A stretch of DNA of 64,000 nt from contig CM035358.1 of the NCBI GenBank assembly GCA_020137815.1, positions 6,262,001 to 6,326,000 on the forward strand, given 5' to 3'. The translations under genes were made by a program, and so were the position numbers. This document shows, piece by piece, positions 22,035-34,235 of the stretch (the first letter of the stretch is position 1; each line of letters starts with the position of its first letter). Under the pieces are notes generated by a model. That model was not told the DNA's origin, did no database searches, and saw only the letters and a program-made list of their open reading frames with translations. Origin of the DNA: Hormiphora californensis (taxonomy: Eukaryota; Animalia; Ctenophora).

Positions 22035-24774
22035 CTCTCTTGCTCTCTCTCTCTCTCTCTCACTCTCTGTCTAAACTCTCTTCCTTACTCCCCTTTTCAC
22101 CCTACTAGATAGAGTAAACCTGTCTCTCAGCTTGCACACAGTGGTAGAGTGGTAGTAGTATGATAATTGGGTTAAACAGCAGTTGGAACTCTGCTGAGTT
22201 AGTAATACAGGCCTATCACATGTGGCAAATACATGACCTCATCTGAAGGCAGGGTGTTGAAAAAGGGGCCAATGGTTTGGATGAAAAACCAGCTGTGACG
22301 AAGTATCCTCTTTCGGGCTCTTTGGAAATATATCGTGAATAGGAGTGTAATGGGATTATGGGTACTGGACGACTAAAAAACCAAGGACTATATAAACAAT
22401 TTCCGAGCTGTCAGGCCAATGCTCTGACCACAGTTCTCTCGCCAATGCTCTGACAATCTCCGGATGTGACCAGGACTATAGTATAATTTACAACAGTTAG
22501 ACATTCGAGTTATACATGCACATGCACTAGTAGCCCGTCCCCAGAGGAACGCGTTTTTAAAGGTCGCCGCAGGAGCATAATAAAAATGTGATCCTGCGTG
22601 ATCATCACGCACAGAGCTCGCACAGAGCTGGAGAAAGATCAGAGATAGATTAGTCAGAGAGAAGGAGTTTTGAAAATGGAGAGAATCATGCACTAATCCG
22701 CCTCGTGAGGTGCTTGAAAAAGGCCATGCATTCCGTTGTCTTGGTAACGTTCGACCATCAAAGAGTGGCATGCAGAAAGCTTGAAGGAGTATAAACATGA
22801 ACGGTTGCCGTGCAGGAAGTTTCATGCAGTTGTAGTCCCTGTTCTGCGAGTGCATTCTTTAAAGTCCCTGCAGGGGAGAATTCCGCGAGTCTTCAAGGAA
22901 GCATGTGACATAGAGCAGTGCGCCCCATGGTAGTATATCGCGAAGGAGACATTGAAAGTAGAATTAAAAACAAACTACAACTGCCAAGAACTGATACGAG
23001 GGGGGAATCAAGCATTTCAAGATATGGGCTGATACGAGGGGGCATCAAGCACTGAGAGATATGGGCTGATACTGGGGGGGGGGGGCATCAAGCATTTTGA
23101 GATATGGGCTGATAGTATCTGAGATCCGGGGGAGGTCTGTGTTGTACTTGTAGCCTTGCCAAGAACTCTCAGGTGGCTCTGAACTATCCAAGAACTGTTC
23201 TGGGGCACATAACATGTAAGCAATAACATGATTTGAAGTGCTGATTGCTAAGAAAAAATAAGTATTCCTTTTTCTTAGCACTACTTAGAGGAAGGAATCC
23301 GTTGCCTTGCTCGAATAAAACAAGGAATGCATAGCAAGATGGGGGGGGGGGTGAGCGAACTGGGCCTAAAACAAACTATGCAGCTCCTGAAGACTCAATG
23401 AAATATGGGCTATCAAACGTGACTGGAGATAAATGTGAATATTGAATAATAGGAAGATCTAGGGGCCATTATTTCCTCTCTCTTTCCATCTCCCCCTCCC
23501 TTACGTAGTGGCCTTCCATGGCCCCCTTGACTAATAACATGCCCCCCTGACTAATACTACCCTGCTAAGTAAACATCACATTTTCTTACTTAGTGCAGGA
23601 ACAGTGCTACATTCATTGCATAAGAAATACATGATACTGAATACAATAAGCATACTATTCATTCTCTCCCTGCCTCTCTTTCATTCTCCTTCTATCTCAC
23701 GCACCGGTGCTGTAGTACTTCCGTCTACCAAATAAAACAGTGTGAAGTGCCACGACCGCAGAAGTGACACACCATGAAAAAACAAAAATGAACGAATCAC
23801 GACTAAAGAGAGAGGTATCCAGATAAATAAGAAAGGCCGAAAGTGTTTCCAAGAAGAAGGAACACCAGTGACACACCAGCAGCAAGTTCATGGCCACAGT
23901 GCAGCGTTAGGAAAAGTGGTAATCGGGTTATGTCACATGTCTCTCTGCTGCATGTGTGTCTCAGCTACACATGCAGTGCAGTATGAGTCATCCTCATGTG
24001 CCCAAGTTAGAATCACTAACTAATCTTGTTAGAACTCGCAGATTGGAGTTGCATAGAGGAGCTGAGGCGTGGTTCATATCATGCGGCCAAATGAAATGAG
24101 CATGCATGATTGGTTGACGGAATAAGAAACTGGGTACTGCTCACAGAAGAGCTGCTCCTGAAATAAATCAGGTAGCGATCAAAGCGACAACGTTCATCCG
24201 TGATCTGCATTGATCGCGACCTGTGATTCACAGCAACCTCCCTATAGGGCCCTGCAGTCCCTATTATAGGGCCTAGGCCAGTATGAAATAGTGAAGATCA
24301 GGTTGCCATAGAGACCCCTTTGGAGTAGGTGGGAGGAACAGGCTGACCGACAAGAAAAAAGCGGAACGAATCATGGTCATTTGTCGAGCAGATATTTGTC
24401 GAGCAGATATGCGATCCAGGAAAAGGCCCGAATAACACAATGAATATTCTCGGTAGTTATATTCTGATTCAATTCAGTAAACTATTCACTGGTGAAATAA
24501 GATGAATATCCTTCTTTGTCTATTTGTCTTCTAAGGCCCATCTCATGATCGTTGCTCAAAGGACATACCTTTTCTTAATAATTACTTATCCCATTCTCCG
24601 TTCGTAGCAACAACCAAGGCGGCGCCAGACCCCGATTTGATTCTCAGTGCACTCAGATGGGGTCCTCGGCGCCAGGTGGCCGGTTGTATAGTAGGACGGG
24701 GTTGTATAGTAGGCGGGGTTGTATAGTAGGACGGGGCATATCACGCTATCTTTCAGTGTAGGTACTTGTCTTAA

Positions 24775-25073
24775 AGTGAGAGAGAACAGCAGGGATTTTT
24801 ACAAAAAGTTATCTGGATACTCCTTGATGGCTAAATAAAACTTTAGTGAAAACCGCATGTCTCTAGCATGTTTTTGAAAATCGAGCTAACACATGCGAGA
24901 CGCACCATAATGGGCGCATAATGGGCGTAAATTCATATTGTACGCCCATTATGGGCCCATTATGGTGCGTCTCGCATGCTAGAGACATGCGGTTTTCACT
25001 AAAGTTTTAGTTAGCCATCAAGGAGTATCCAGATAAATTTTTGTGAAAATCCCTGCTGTAATTCTCTCTCACT
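24775..25073. mobile_element. Palindromic TTAA-target MITE (Kolobok-like)
   Basis: TTAA|AGTGAGAGAGAA...TTCTCTCTCACT|TTAA with near-complete inverted arms. Confidence 0.8.
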
Positions 25074-26355
25074 TTAACTCCCAATCGTTTTCTGTTGTCT
25101 CTCTACCTCTTTACTACTTCATCTATTATAGACTATAACTGCTACCTCCTCTACGCTCTTTCTTCTGAGGCGGGGAATAAGAAATGAAGCCCCCATGGAA
25201 CGGTCCGCGATAATTGTTATATTTCCATCAACATGCAATGAGTTCCACGATATAAACGCAGCATGATAACTCGACCACTATAATTCCAAGAAGTACAATT
25301 ATTGCTCAGTATTATACCAAGCACTATAATAAACGCAGTGCCACTATAAACGCAGTAGTACCACTATATTTTAGCAGTACCTTCTTTGCAAATGAGTTTC
25401 AGAACCCGCACGGCAGAGAAAACTGCAAGCCAAAAGTGTCCAATATTAGATATAATTAAAGGCCTTCTGTGCAGGCAAGTATAAAAACGACCAAAAGCAA
25501 GTCACCCAGTTACCGTGAAGCCTCATATTCACAACTTTCGAACAATAGGCCCAGTTTTGTAGAAAATGTCAGGCGAGAATAATTAAGAAATTAAGGTGAA
25601 CTTTTAGAAACGTAGACAGAAAGAACAGAACCACAGCTAAGTACAAATTAGAATATGTTAACATGATACTGCTTATAGAATAGGATACTGCTTATAGGTA
25701 GAAAGATTAGTCCTGAATAACATGGGAATGACATTTGTAGGATAGTGGTCTCTAATAGTATTAAAGACCACCATATCCTCTTGGTAATAAGTAAATAGAG
25801 CCTTGTGATCTGATCATAAATAAAGAGAGCTCTGATCATCATAAAATGGAGAGAGAGATATCATAAAATGAAGAAAGAGCGCGAGAGAGAGAGATATCAT
25901 TCTCACTGTATGCATACTGCAGCGGCTACGAGCAGTCTATTATATATGCGGCCCGATTTAGCTAACTTGGTTAAGGAATAAGGTCATATTATATATGTTA
26001 TGGTTGAATATGGTTTGAATATACAAAGAATACCATGTGATCAGTGTCAGAGTCTGCTTGTTGCCTTCTTCTGCCTGGGCGGTATAATAGCAAACCTATC
26101 AGAGCATTGGCCTGACCCTATTCTCATTTCTATCAAGCACGAGAACTGTGGTCAGAGCATTGGCCTGACAGAAGCAAACCGGCCATGGTATATTATTGTT
26201 GTTAAGAATCTTAATAAGAATAATAGGGCCCTAGATGGGATCTATAAAGTTTCTAAGCAAGGGGCCTATATATAAATATCCCACAGGGGGTAAAGCTGCA
26301 AATAGGTAAGCTAGGAAAAGAATGATGGTCGAGCCGTAAATATTGAATGTTTATA

Positions 26356-27919
26356 CAAGGTGGGCCACGGATTGTTGGTCATGGTTAGCGAGGTGGTGCG
26401 TCAAAACGGTGATAGTTGTGAGGATAAAAATTATGGGAGCACTCTGGATCAATTCCTTGGTAACTTTTTCCATAATTTTTTGTCAAAAATTCGAAAATTC
26501 ATTTTTCATTCCTTCATTCATTTCTCGTTCATTCATGATGTGAGCATCCTAATTTTCCATCATTGTGCTATTTTTCTTTGGCTTGAATTTATCTTTCCAA
26601 TGAGCACCATGAAAATGAAATTGAAGCACCAGGTCACTCAGCAGTTGAGAAAATGTTCATGCATGATTTTGGTTCTTTTTGCGACTTTCAAACAGCTGTA
26701 TCACAGCTACCTTTCGTTCAATCTTCTTAAAACTTTGGGAAAACATTAGATAAGCAAAGATCTTTGCTCACAAGAAAAATCAAGGCCAAAGGTCAAAGTC
26801 CATTTTTCATTTTTGTTAGTTCATTCCGTTCATTCAGGAACCAACATCCCTAAAGTGATGAAAAGGTTTGGGTTTTGTTTGGCCCATGTCCTGCAATGAC
26901 AGAGAGGTGTAATAGCGTGTTTCCGGGCTAGTTTGTGGGTGTCCATGTGATCATGATGATATCTGACACCTTTTCTGAGCCATAATTAAGGGATTTTCTC
27001 AAATTCAAGCATGTAACTTGGTTTTTCTGCCATTAGTACCGTGCAGCAATGTTATGAGATCTCATAACACCTCAAAAATGATGATTAGCTAAATGAAATG
27101 AGTTGATTTATGATTGAAAAGATTAAAACCGATGTCAAATTGAACGAAACGAACAATTACATCATAAATCAACTCATTTCATTGAGCTAATCATCATTTT
27201 TGAGGTGTTATGAGATCTCATAACAATGTTGCACGGTACTAATCGCAGAAAAACCAAGTTACATGCTTGAATTTGAGAAAATCCCTTAATCATGGCTCAG
27301 AAAAGGTGTCAGATATCATCATGATCACATGGACACCCATAAACTAGCCCGGAAACACGCTATTACAGCTCTCTGTCATCGCAGGACATGGGCCAAACAA
27401 AACCCAAACCTTTTCATCACTTTAGGGATGTTGGTTCCTGAATGAACGGAATGAACTAACAAAAATGAAAAATGAACTTTGACCTTTGGCCTTGATTTTT
27501 CTTGTGAGCAAAGATCTTTGCTTATCTAATGTTTTCCCAAAGTTTTAAGAAGATTGAACGAAAGGTAGCTGTGATACAGCTGTTTGAAAGTCGCAAAAAG
27601 AGCCAAAATCATTCATGAACATTTTCTCAACTGCTGAGTGACCTGGTGCTTCAATTTCATTTTCATGGTGCTCATTGGAAAGATAAATTCAAGCCAAAGA
27701 AAAATAGCATAATGATGGAAAATTAGGATGCTCACATCATGAATGAACGAGAAATGAATGAAGGAATGAAAAATGAATTTTCGAATTTTTGACAAAAAAA
27801 TATGGAAAAAGTTACCAAGGAATTGATCCAGAGTGCTCCCATAATTTTTATTCTCACAACTATCACCGTTTTGACGCACCACCTCGCTAACCATGACCAA
27901 CAATCCGTGGCCCACCTTG
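26356..27919. mobile_element. 1.56-kb near-perfect palindromic TA-target element
   Basis: TA|CAAGGTGGGCCACGG...CCGTGGCCCACCTTG|TA. Arms of ~760 bp (26356-27114 and 27161-27919) with a 46-bp spacer. Mirror ORFs 26360-26749 and 27613-27915. Confidence 0.9.
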
Positions 27920-27992
27920 TATAAGGGTAAGACGGCTAATGAAATACATAGGTCGAAGAAAATAATAATATGTTATATGGCCGGATAAATTA

Positions 27993-28061
<69 letters not shown>

Positions 28062-28073
28062 CTTTTTCACTCC

Positions 28074-28170
<97 letters not shown>

Positions 28171-28965
28171 CCTGTCTTATTAAAACAGCTCATTGTGGCG
28201 TCGAAACAATGATCTTTGGTGGTTCCTGACAGAATTATGAGACTCCTAATTCTGTCAGGACCCCCGAACCACCAATAGGAGCACGGTATCCACACAAGAC
28301 GGCGCAGTGCACAGGACTAGGGACCACTGAAGATGAAACATCTAGAAAACGGCAAATTTTATATCGTCCCAAAGGTTTTTTTTAAATAAATAATTAGATA
28401 GACTACTGATCCGGTAATTATAAACGAACAAAGATCCTACAGTATGATAATATAATAGCTTTAAAAATAAGAGAACGCGTATTTTATAATAGCATTGGCC
28501 ATCATGTCTTTTTCTCTTTCTCTCCCTCTCTCACTCGTCTATTTTTCTCACTTAATTCGCCTTCAAAAATATATTTTTAGGCATAATTATGACAAATGAA
28601 TTATTTCAATGCAACATCTAGTAGGAGAACTATTTAATTTCTTCAACATAGGTACTACATAATGATAGCACAATAGCACAGCGTGAAATAATTTCCCGCC
28701 ATATTTTGTAGCCTAGATGGCGCTATATCTATACAGGATGGTGGCAACGCCCCCTCATTGTTCTGTTGCCAAGCAATATAATACTTGGCCGTGATCTGAT
28801 TTACAATGGATTAGACAAGCATATCAAATGGAATTGGGAGAACAACAGATCAGCCACCGGAGAGACCAATATCTGATGGTGGTAGTAAGCTAATTCATTT
28901 ACAGATCCATGGTAGGCCACGGCCACCATGCAATGGGATGATAGAGAGGGAGGGATAAAGAGAGG

Positions 28966-29014
<49 letters not shown>

Positions 29015-30444
29015 CGAGGTCTTTACTTCATAACATGATCGGCAAGCTTCATTATATGAAAAGGAGCTCAGTATTATTGGGCGGGGCGGGCAGAACTTGT
29101 GTGTGGCTCTAAAGAGATCCCCTCTCTCACCAGCATAACAAGAGGTCTAATGGACTATGGGAATGCCAAAAATACGAAATAGGCCCCTGCATGCAGACTT
29201 TGACAAGCTATACTGATATCAGAATATTCAGTAGTTACAACAAGAATCTAAATGGGGAATTTATTTATTATATTTCCACGAATTTATATCGAGGGAGACA
29301 TGCCACTATTCATATTCCTATTAGACATGGTAATTCAGACCAGAATTTAGTCTAACGTGAACATAGACAAACGAACTTTTCACAACCGATCTCGGTCGTT
29401 TAAGCCAGTCGCTGCAGCGACGAATTGGTCGGAACCAATAGTTGTGCCTTCCACGCTATAGTTCATTACATGGAAATAGTTGTATCGCAGATCGGTAGTT
29501 GTGTGGCTCACACTGCATTTCATGAAGCGCTCTGTGAGGGTTTATAGGTAGATCAGATCGGTAGCCGATGATTGTTTTGAGCAAGAATCAACGCTTCGTT
29601 TCAGGAATACTAGATGGAGTGGATGAAGACATGACACACCCGGGTAGTCCCTAGAACATGAACAGGGACACCCGGGTAGTCCCTAGAACAGGATTCTCAT
29701 ACCCAGGCACTCTTGCTTTAGAAGAAGAAGACGCGACAGTTCGACTACGCGATAATTACGACCGGGTAATTGGGCATTGGGCATCCTTCACTAGGAGATC
29801 GCTGTATCCGAACCCCCATCCCATATCTACAAGACTTCCCTTTTTTCACGACATCGCATGGTTATTTCTCTACCTATATGCTATGGATCCTCTACCATAT
29901 GTCTATTGGATATTACAACTAAGGATTTGAGTCACCTGACACTGTGTCCGTGAACAATTTAACACTAAAGATCATATCCCTGCCGAAGGAGCAATATCTT
30001 GAAGATCAGCGATACAAAAAACTGTGTACATACAGAAACTACTATAATATCAGCTCGCTACCTGTCTGATATCCCAGCCTCATCAAGATGTCACAGAGAA
30101 AGAAATGAGTTGGCAAAGACCCAACCTTTTCCCGCCATCCCTCAAGGGGTGGGGGGGGGGGTGAGACAAGTGGTGAGGGGGCCGGCCACTTTTCACGGTG
30201 GGAAAAAACAACAAAGTAGTGGCGGGGGACTTCACATGTCATCGGGATGTCAGAGAGAGAGAGAAAGAGGGAGAGAAGGAGTGGGAGAGAGAGGGATAGA
30301 GGGAGCGGCGAGAGAGAGAAAAAAGAGAGTGTGTGTATGTTCCTACCACGTACTGGGCCACGCACTTCCACCTACTTGTATCCCCCTTTTTTCATGTGTC
30401 CCCTTTTTGTTGGTGAGATCCCATACAAAGGACTATCCCATGTA

Positions 30445-30650
30445 AATGAAGTATGAACGTTTGTAGACTGGCGCGTTATGAAGTTGGCTGTTCCCAGCGC
30501 GAGCTGGGGACAGCCAACTGGAGTTTAATCGCCCGGCAGGGCGATTAAACTGGTTTAAATCCCGACTCCGATCCCGAGGCGCCAGCCGAGGGTGAGGGGG
30601 AGGTGATTTAAACCTATAACGCGATAGGCTAACTAACGTTCATATTTTAT
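30445..30650. mobile_element. Cloverleaf-like multi-hairpin element
   Basis: Outer inverted repeat TATGAACGTT..CGCGTTAT / ATAACGCG..AACGTTCATA encloses three hairpins: loops GCGA and GGCA, and a GGTTTAAATC/GATTTAAACC stem. Confidence 0.6.
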
Positions 30651-31425
30651 GAAACCCGATAGTAATTACACACAAATAAGAGACACAACACAAGGTGAAA
30701 CACACTAGAACTGCTGGTAAATAGTCAACAGATACCCTGAAAATGTGTGTAGACTTAGTGTCTACTGTTCCTAACATGTTTGAGAAAGAGAGAGAAAGAT
30801 TAGGGGCAATACACACTGTCAGAGGTAGTGAACAGTAAAAGAGACAATGAGAGAGAGAAATGAATGGAATGTGATTCTTTTCACTCCTTATGAGAGAGAT
30901 AACATTGAAACGTGTTGCAGACATGTTTCCCCTTTCTTTTGTTGACAGAACTGTGTGTTTACACACATTTTCAATACTTAGAATTTTACACGCATGTTAT
31001 TCAAATGAAGAGAAACGCGTGAAAAAGGACACTGGCCTGATAAATCGCGAGCATGGTGTTAAATCCCCCAGCTAGCAGTTATCATGAGCGCGCAAAATTT
31101 TCAAACGACTGATAAATCAACTATCGGGTTTCATAAGACTATAATGGCCAACCAACTCCCCCCAATACAAGGAAAATGCCGCCATGAAAAACAGAAAACC
31201 CCCGCCAGAGATAGCACCATAGGAAGCCCTTGACAGAGTGAAGACAGTGTCTGGAGACGCCGTTTCAAGCACCGATACAGCCGCTCACCACCCCGAGATA
31301 AGATCCACCTTATATGCGTCCATCCAATATCAAATATATTGACGGGTGACAAGTCCCGAGGCATCGGGGGAAATTTATCCCCCGGTATAAAATCAGAGTT
31401 CGGATAAATCAGGGTCCGACTGTTA

Positions 31426-31612
31426 CAGTGCTGCTTGTAGTCGTATTACCGTAATGGTAATAGAAATACAGTAAGGAGACGCGCACGTTGCATAACGCAC
31501 AGCAAAAAGTGCATGTGTTCAGCACGTACTAGCGCCCTGATTGGCCACGGTTGCGCGTCGTCTTACTGTATCTCAGTTTTCCATTACCGTTTTCCCACTA
31601 CAAGCGACCGTG
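31426..31612. mobile_element. Old CAGTG-ended MITE (second copy ~39731-39938)
   Basis: TA|CAGTGCTGCTTGTAGT ... ACTACAAGC ends are shared by both copies. Confidence 0.6.
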
Positions 31613-32260
31613 TTATAGTTTTTGTTATTTTTTACACTGATTTGAATAAAAACCCTCCGATGATGGTATGATCTCAGTTAATACCTAATTTATATTTCAG
31701 CTAATTCCTTTATTTAGAGCTAGTAGCCCCAACTGAGTAAATTAATTCCTTTATGATATAGAGCTAGCAGTACAGCTTAATCCCAGCTGAGTAAATTATA
31801 TAATGTGTTGTATGTGTTGTTGTTGTATGTGCTGTTTTCCGGTAGAGAGGGACCGAGAGCTAGTCTTTTCAAGACAATAATATAGTGAAAAGGATCACAA
31901 AAACAAAAGCTGTTTGTGAAGTAAACAAAGTAGAGGCAGATGATCTCGCCATCTCGTAGAGGGAGCTTGTGATGGTCTCTCTCTACCGTAGAGGGAGCTT
32001 TAGATGGTCTCTCTAGCGTAGAGGGAGCTTTTAATGGTGCCATAGCGCACTGCACCCTTTGTTTTAATAGTACTCTAGAACACAACGTTTGTCTGAGAGA
32101 GAGTTTAGTCCTTCAGAAGCCATTATATCTAGTAGTGTGGAAAGAGAACCATTATCTAATCGTGTGAGAAGGAAAAAGCTTATAGTAGCTTAAAGCTTAG
32201 TAAGACTAAAGACACTGTATAACAAAGAAAGCAACGGGCGTGATAATGGACCGCTAGAAA

Positions 32261-32268
32261 TATAAAAG
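32261..32268 (+). promoter_or_regulatory. TATA box of the SRCR gene
   Basis: TATAAAAG about 50 nt upstream of an ATG in good context (GGCCATG, 32315). Confidence 0.6.
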
Positions 32269-32314
32269 GAGGCTGAAGTTAGCTTAATACTCACACCAGA
32301 ACTATATCGAGGCC

Positions 32315-33580
32315 ATGTTCACTCAACTACTGACAACTGCAGCAGCACTCCTTCTCCTTGGAGCTGGACCCGTCCATGCGGATTACATTCGATGGGCCGG
32401 CCTGGCTCGGACCGTGGGCAACAACACCCGTCTTGGATACTCCTGGGGTACAGTCGTGGTCTCCGCTCGGGGTAACAGCCTGAATACAACAACCGGATTG
32501 GTATGTGACGACTATATGGATAGCAATACCGCAGATTTCCTTTGCCGGGCTGCTGGGTTCCCTCACGGCCAGGAATTCTGGACCAACAATGATGAATCTT
32601 ACTATAATGGTAACAGGATTTCCAGTTCCGCTTTCTACAAAAAATACAACGGATCCTTCGCTTTGGACAACTTCCGATGCCCCGCTGGAGCACAACGACT
32701 TGATGACTGCTACCGCCTCCCTGTTGGCACTCACAACTGCGGTTATTCCGAGGGAGTGGTGGTCAAATGCCGAACTGAAGCCCGGGGAGTGGACCTCGAC
32801 AACTTTGGTGTTCAAATGCAAAAGGGAAGCGGTATCCTCTCAAACAACGGTACTGTCGTGCTTAATGGAACGTACGGGAGCAGCGGACTGGTTTGTGCTG
32901 AGGGAATCAACCAGAGGACAGCTGAGGTCCTTTGTAACGACGCTGGATACGATTATCTGGTGGGTTACAACACCACTAAAGATATTAGCAGCAGCAGCAA
33001 GCTCGACTGTGATACGATGAGGGGACGAAACATGTCCGTGATCGCTGAGAATCTCAGTTGTCCCTCCAACGCTACAGATCTCGGAGATTGTTCTGCCTCC
33101 ATGGCTAACGGGACCTGTGATGCTGACACCGCCCTTTGGCTGTCCTGTACCAATGATGATTCTGAGCATTGGGAACTTGCTAATATCACCCTGGCCCGCA
33201 ATGAGGCTGGACACCACGAGAGAAGCGACCTGAGGACTGGAGATAACTTCGGAACCGTCCTGGTTACTGTCAGGAACACCCGGACAGGAGAGGAGAGAAC
33301 TGGATTCACTCCCTACAGCTACAGCTCTTATACCCGATCATCCATGTGCTACAACACTGGAAACACCAACAGGTACCCTAGCTACAGGAGAACTGGCCAG
33401 ATCAGTGACAGTTCCAACACCAAAGTGTCCTGTGCGTACACCATTGAGAACGAGTTGAACTTCGTTCTGTCCTATCTGTGGTGCCCAGGATATTACATGA
33501 GCCTCTCCCGCTGCAACTTCAACTTGGCCCCTGAGGGATACAACCCAGGCAGCGATAATGCCTTCTGGCTAAACTGTTAA
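32315..33580 (+). CDS. Secreted scavenger-receptor cysteine-rich (SRCR) domain protein, intronless
   Basis: 421-aa uninterrupted ORF with a hydrophobic signal peptide. SRCR-like GLVCDD..A..LC...GF / LDNFRC....RL.DC....HNC..SE...V.C, followed by two more divergent copies. Many N-x-S/T sequons and no TM segment. ATTAAA at ~33672. Confidence 0.88.
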   Translation: MFTQLLTTAAALLLLGAGPVHADYIRWAGLARTVGNNTRLGYSWGTVVVSARGNSLNTTTGLVCDDYMDSNTADFLCRAAGFPHGQEFWTNNDESYYNGNRISSSAFYKKYNGSFALDNFRCPAGAQRLDDCYRLPVGTHNCGYSEGVVVKCRTEARGVDLDNFGVQMQKGSGILSNNGTVVLNGTYGSSGLVCAEGINQRTAEVLCNDAGYDYLVGYNTTKDISSSSKLDCDTMRGRNMSVIAENLSCPSNATDLGDCSASMANGTCDADTALWLSCTNDDSEHWELANITLARNEAGHHERSDLRTGDNFGTVLVTVRNTRTGEERTGFTPYSYSSYTRSSMCYNTGNTNRYPSYRRTGQISDSSNTKVSCAYTIENELNFVLSYLWCPGYYMSLSRCNFNLAPEGYNPGSDNAFWLNC

Positions 33581-34235
33581 ATAGAGGATGATATCGGTCA
33601 TCAAAGTAGAGAGAAAGAACTGTTTTTCTGAGAGGTTTTAGTTTTAAAAAAATGTGAAATGTTTAGTTTGAATTAAACAAAAAATATGTTGTATTCTGTT
33701 TAGTAGGGGAAATTTAAAGCCGTATCGGGTTAAAATCATATTCTGACACTACATACCCTTAACCGATACTCGAAGCACACCTTGAAGCTGAAGACTGTGC
33801 TCGTTGGGTAAAATGTGACATCGTAACGGTACCTCGAAGCGAATGCCATTGTATTTAGTTCTAATTCTACACGACATACATGACAAACAAGCCGGCTGGA
33901 AGAGGTTGCTACGGCATACGGGCCTCAACCATTCGATGTTGAAAAAAGGGAAGCGCAGCTTTTAGTTCTCCTTTCCATAATCTTAGGACATGAAATTCAC
34001 TCAGAGCTAAAGATGCAGGGAATCACACCACACATAGTTGTTCAACAAACCATACCATAGGGATTAGGGTGTAGATGGTTTGTAGTTGAGAGCTGCGGTG
34101 TACCTCACGTTTTCCGGAGTTTGGTCAGACATTCAAATTTCAAAACAAGGAATTTTCAAAACAAAGATTAATCCAATCTCTGTTTTGAAAATTCCTTGTT
34201 TTGAATTTGAATGTCTGACCAAACTCCGGAAAACG

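Noticed and set aside
22388-22855. 155-aa minus-strand ORF
   Set aside because: No domain similarity I can recognise, and its end runs through the CTGTCAG mini-repeat.
11421-32040. Small local tandem duplications (11421-11480, 22990-23115, 24682-24736, 29631-29690, 31956-32040)
   Set aside because: Ordinary slippage-type duplications with no link to splice sites or TE ends.
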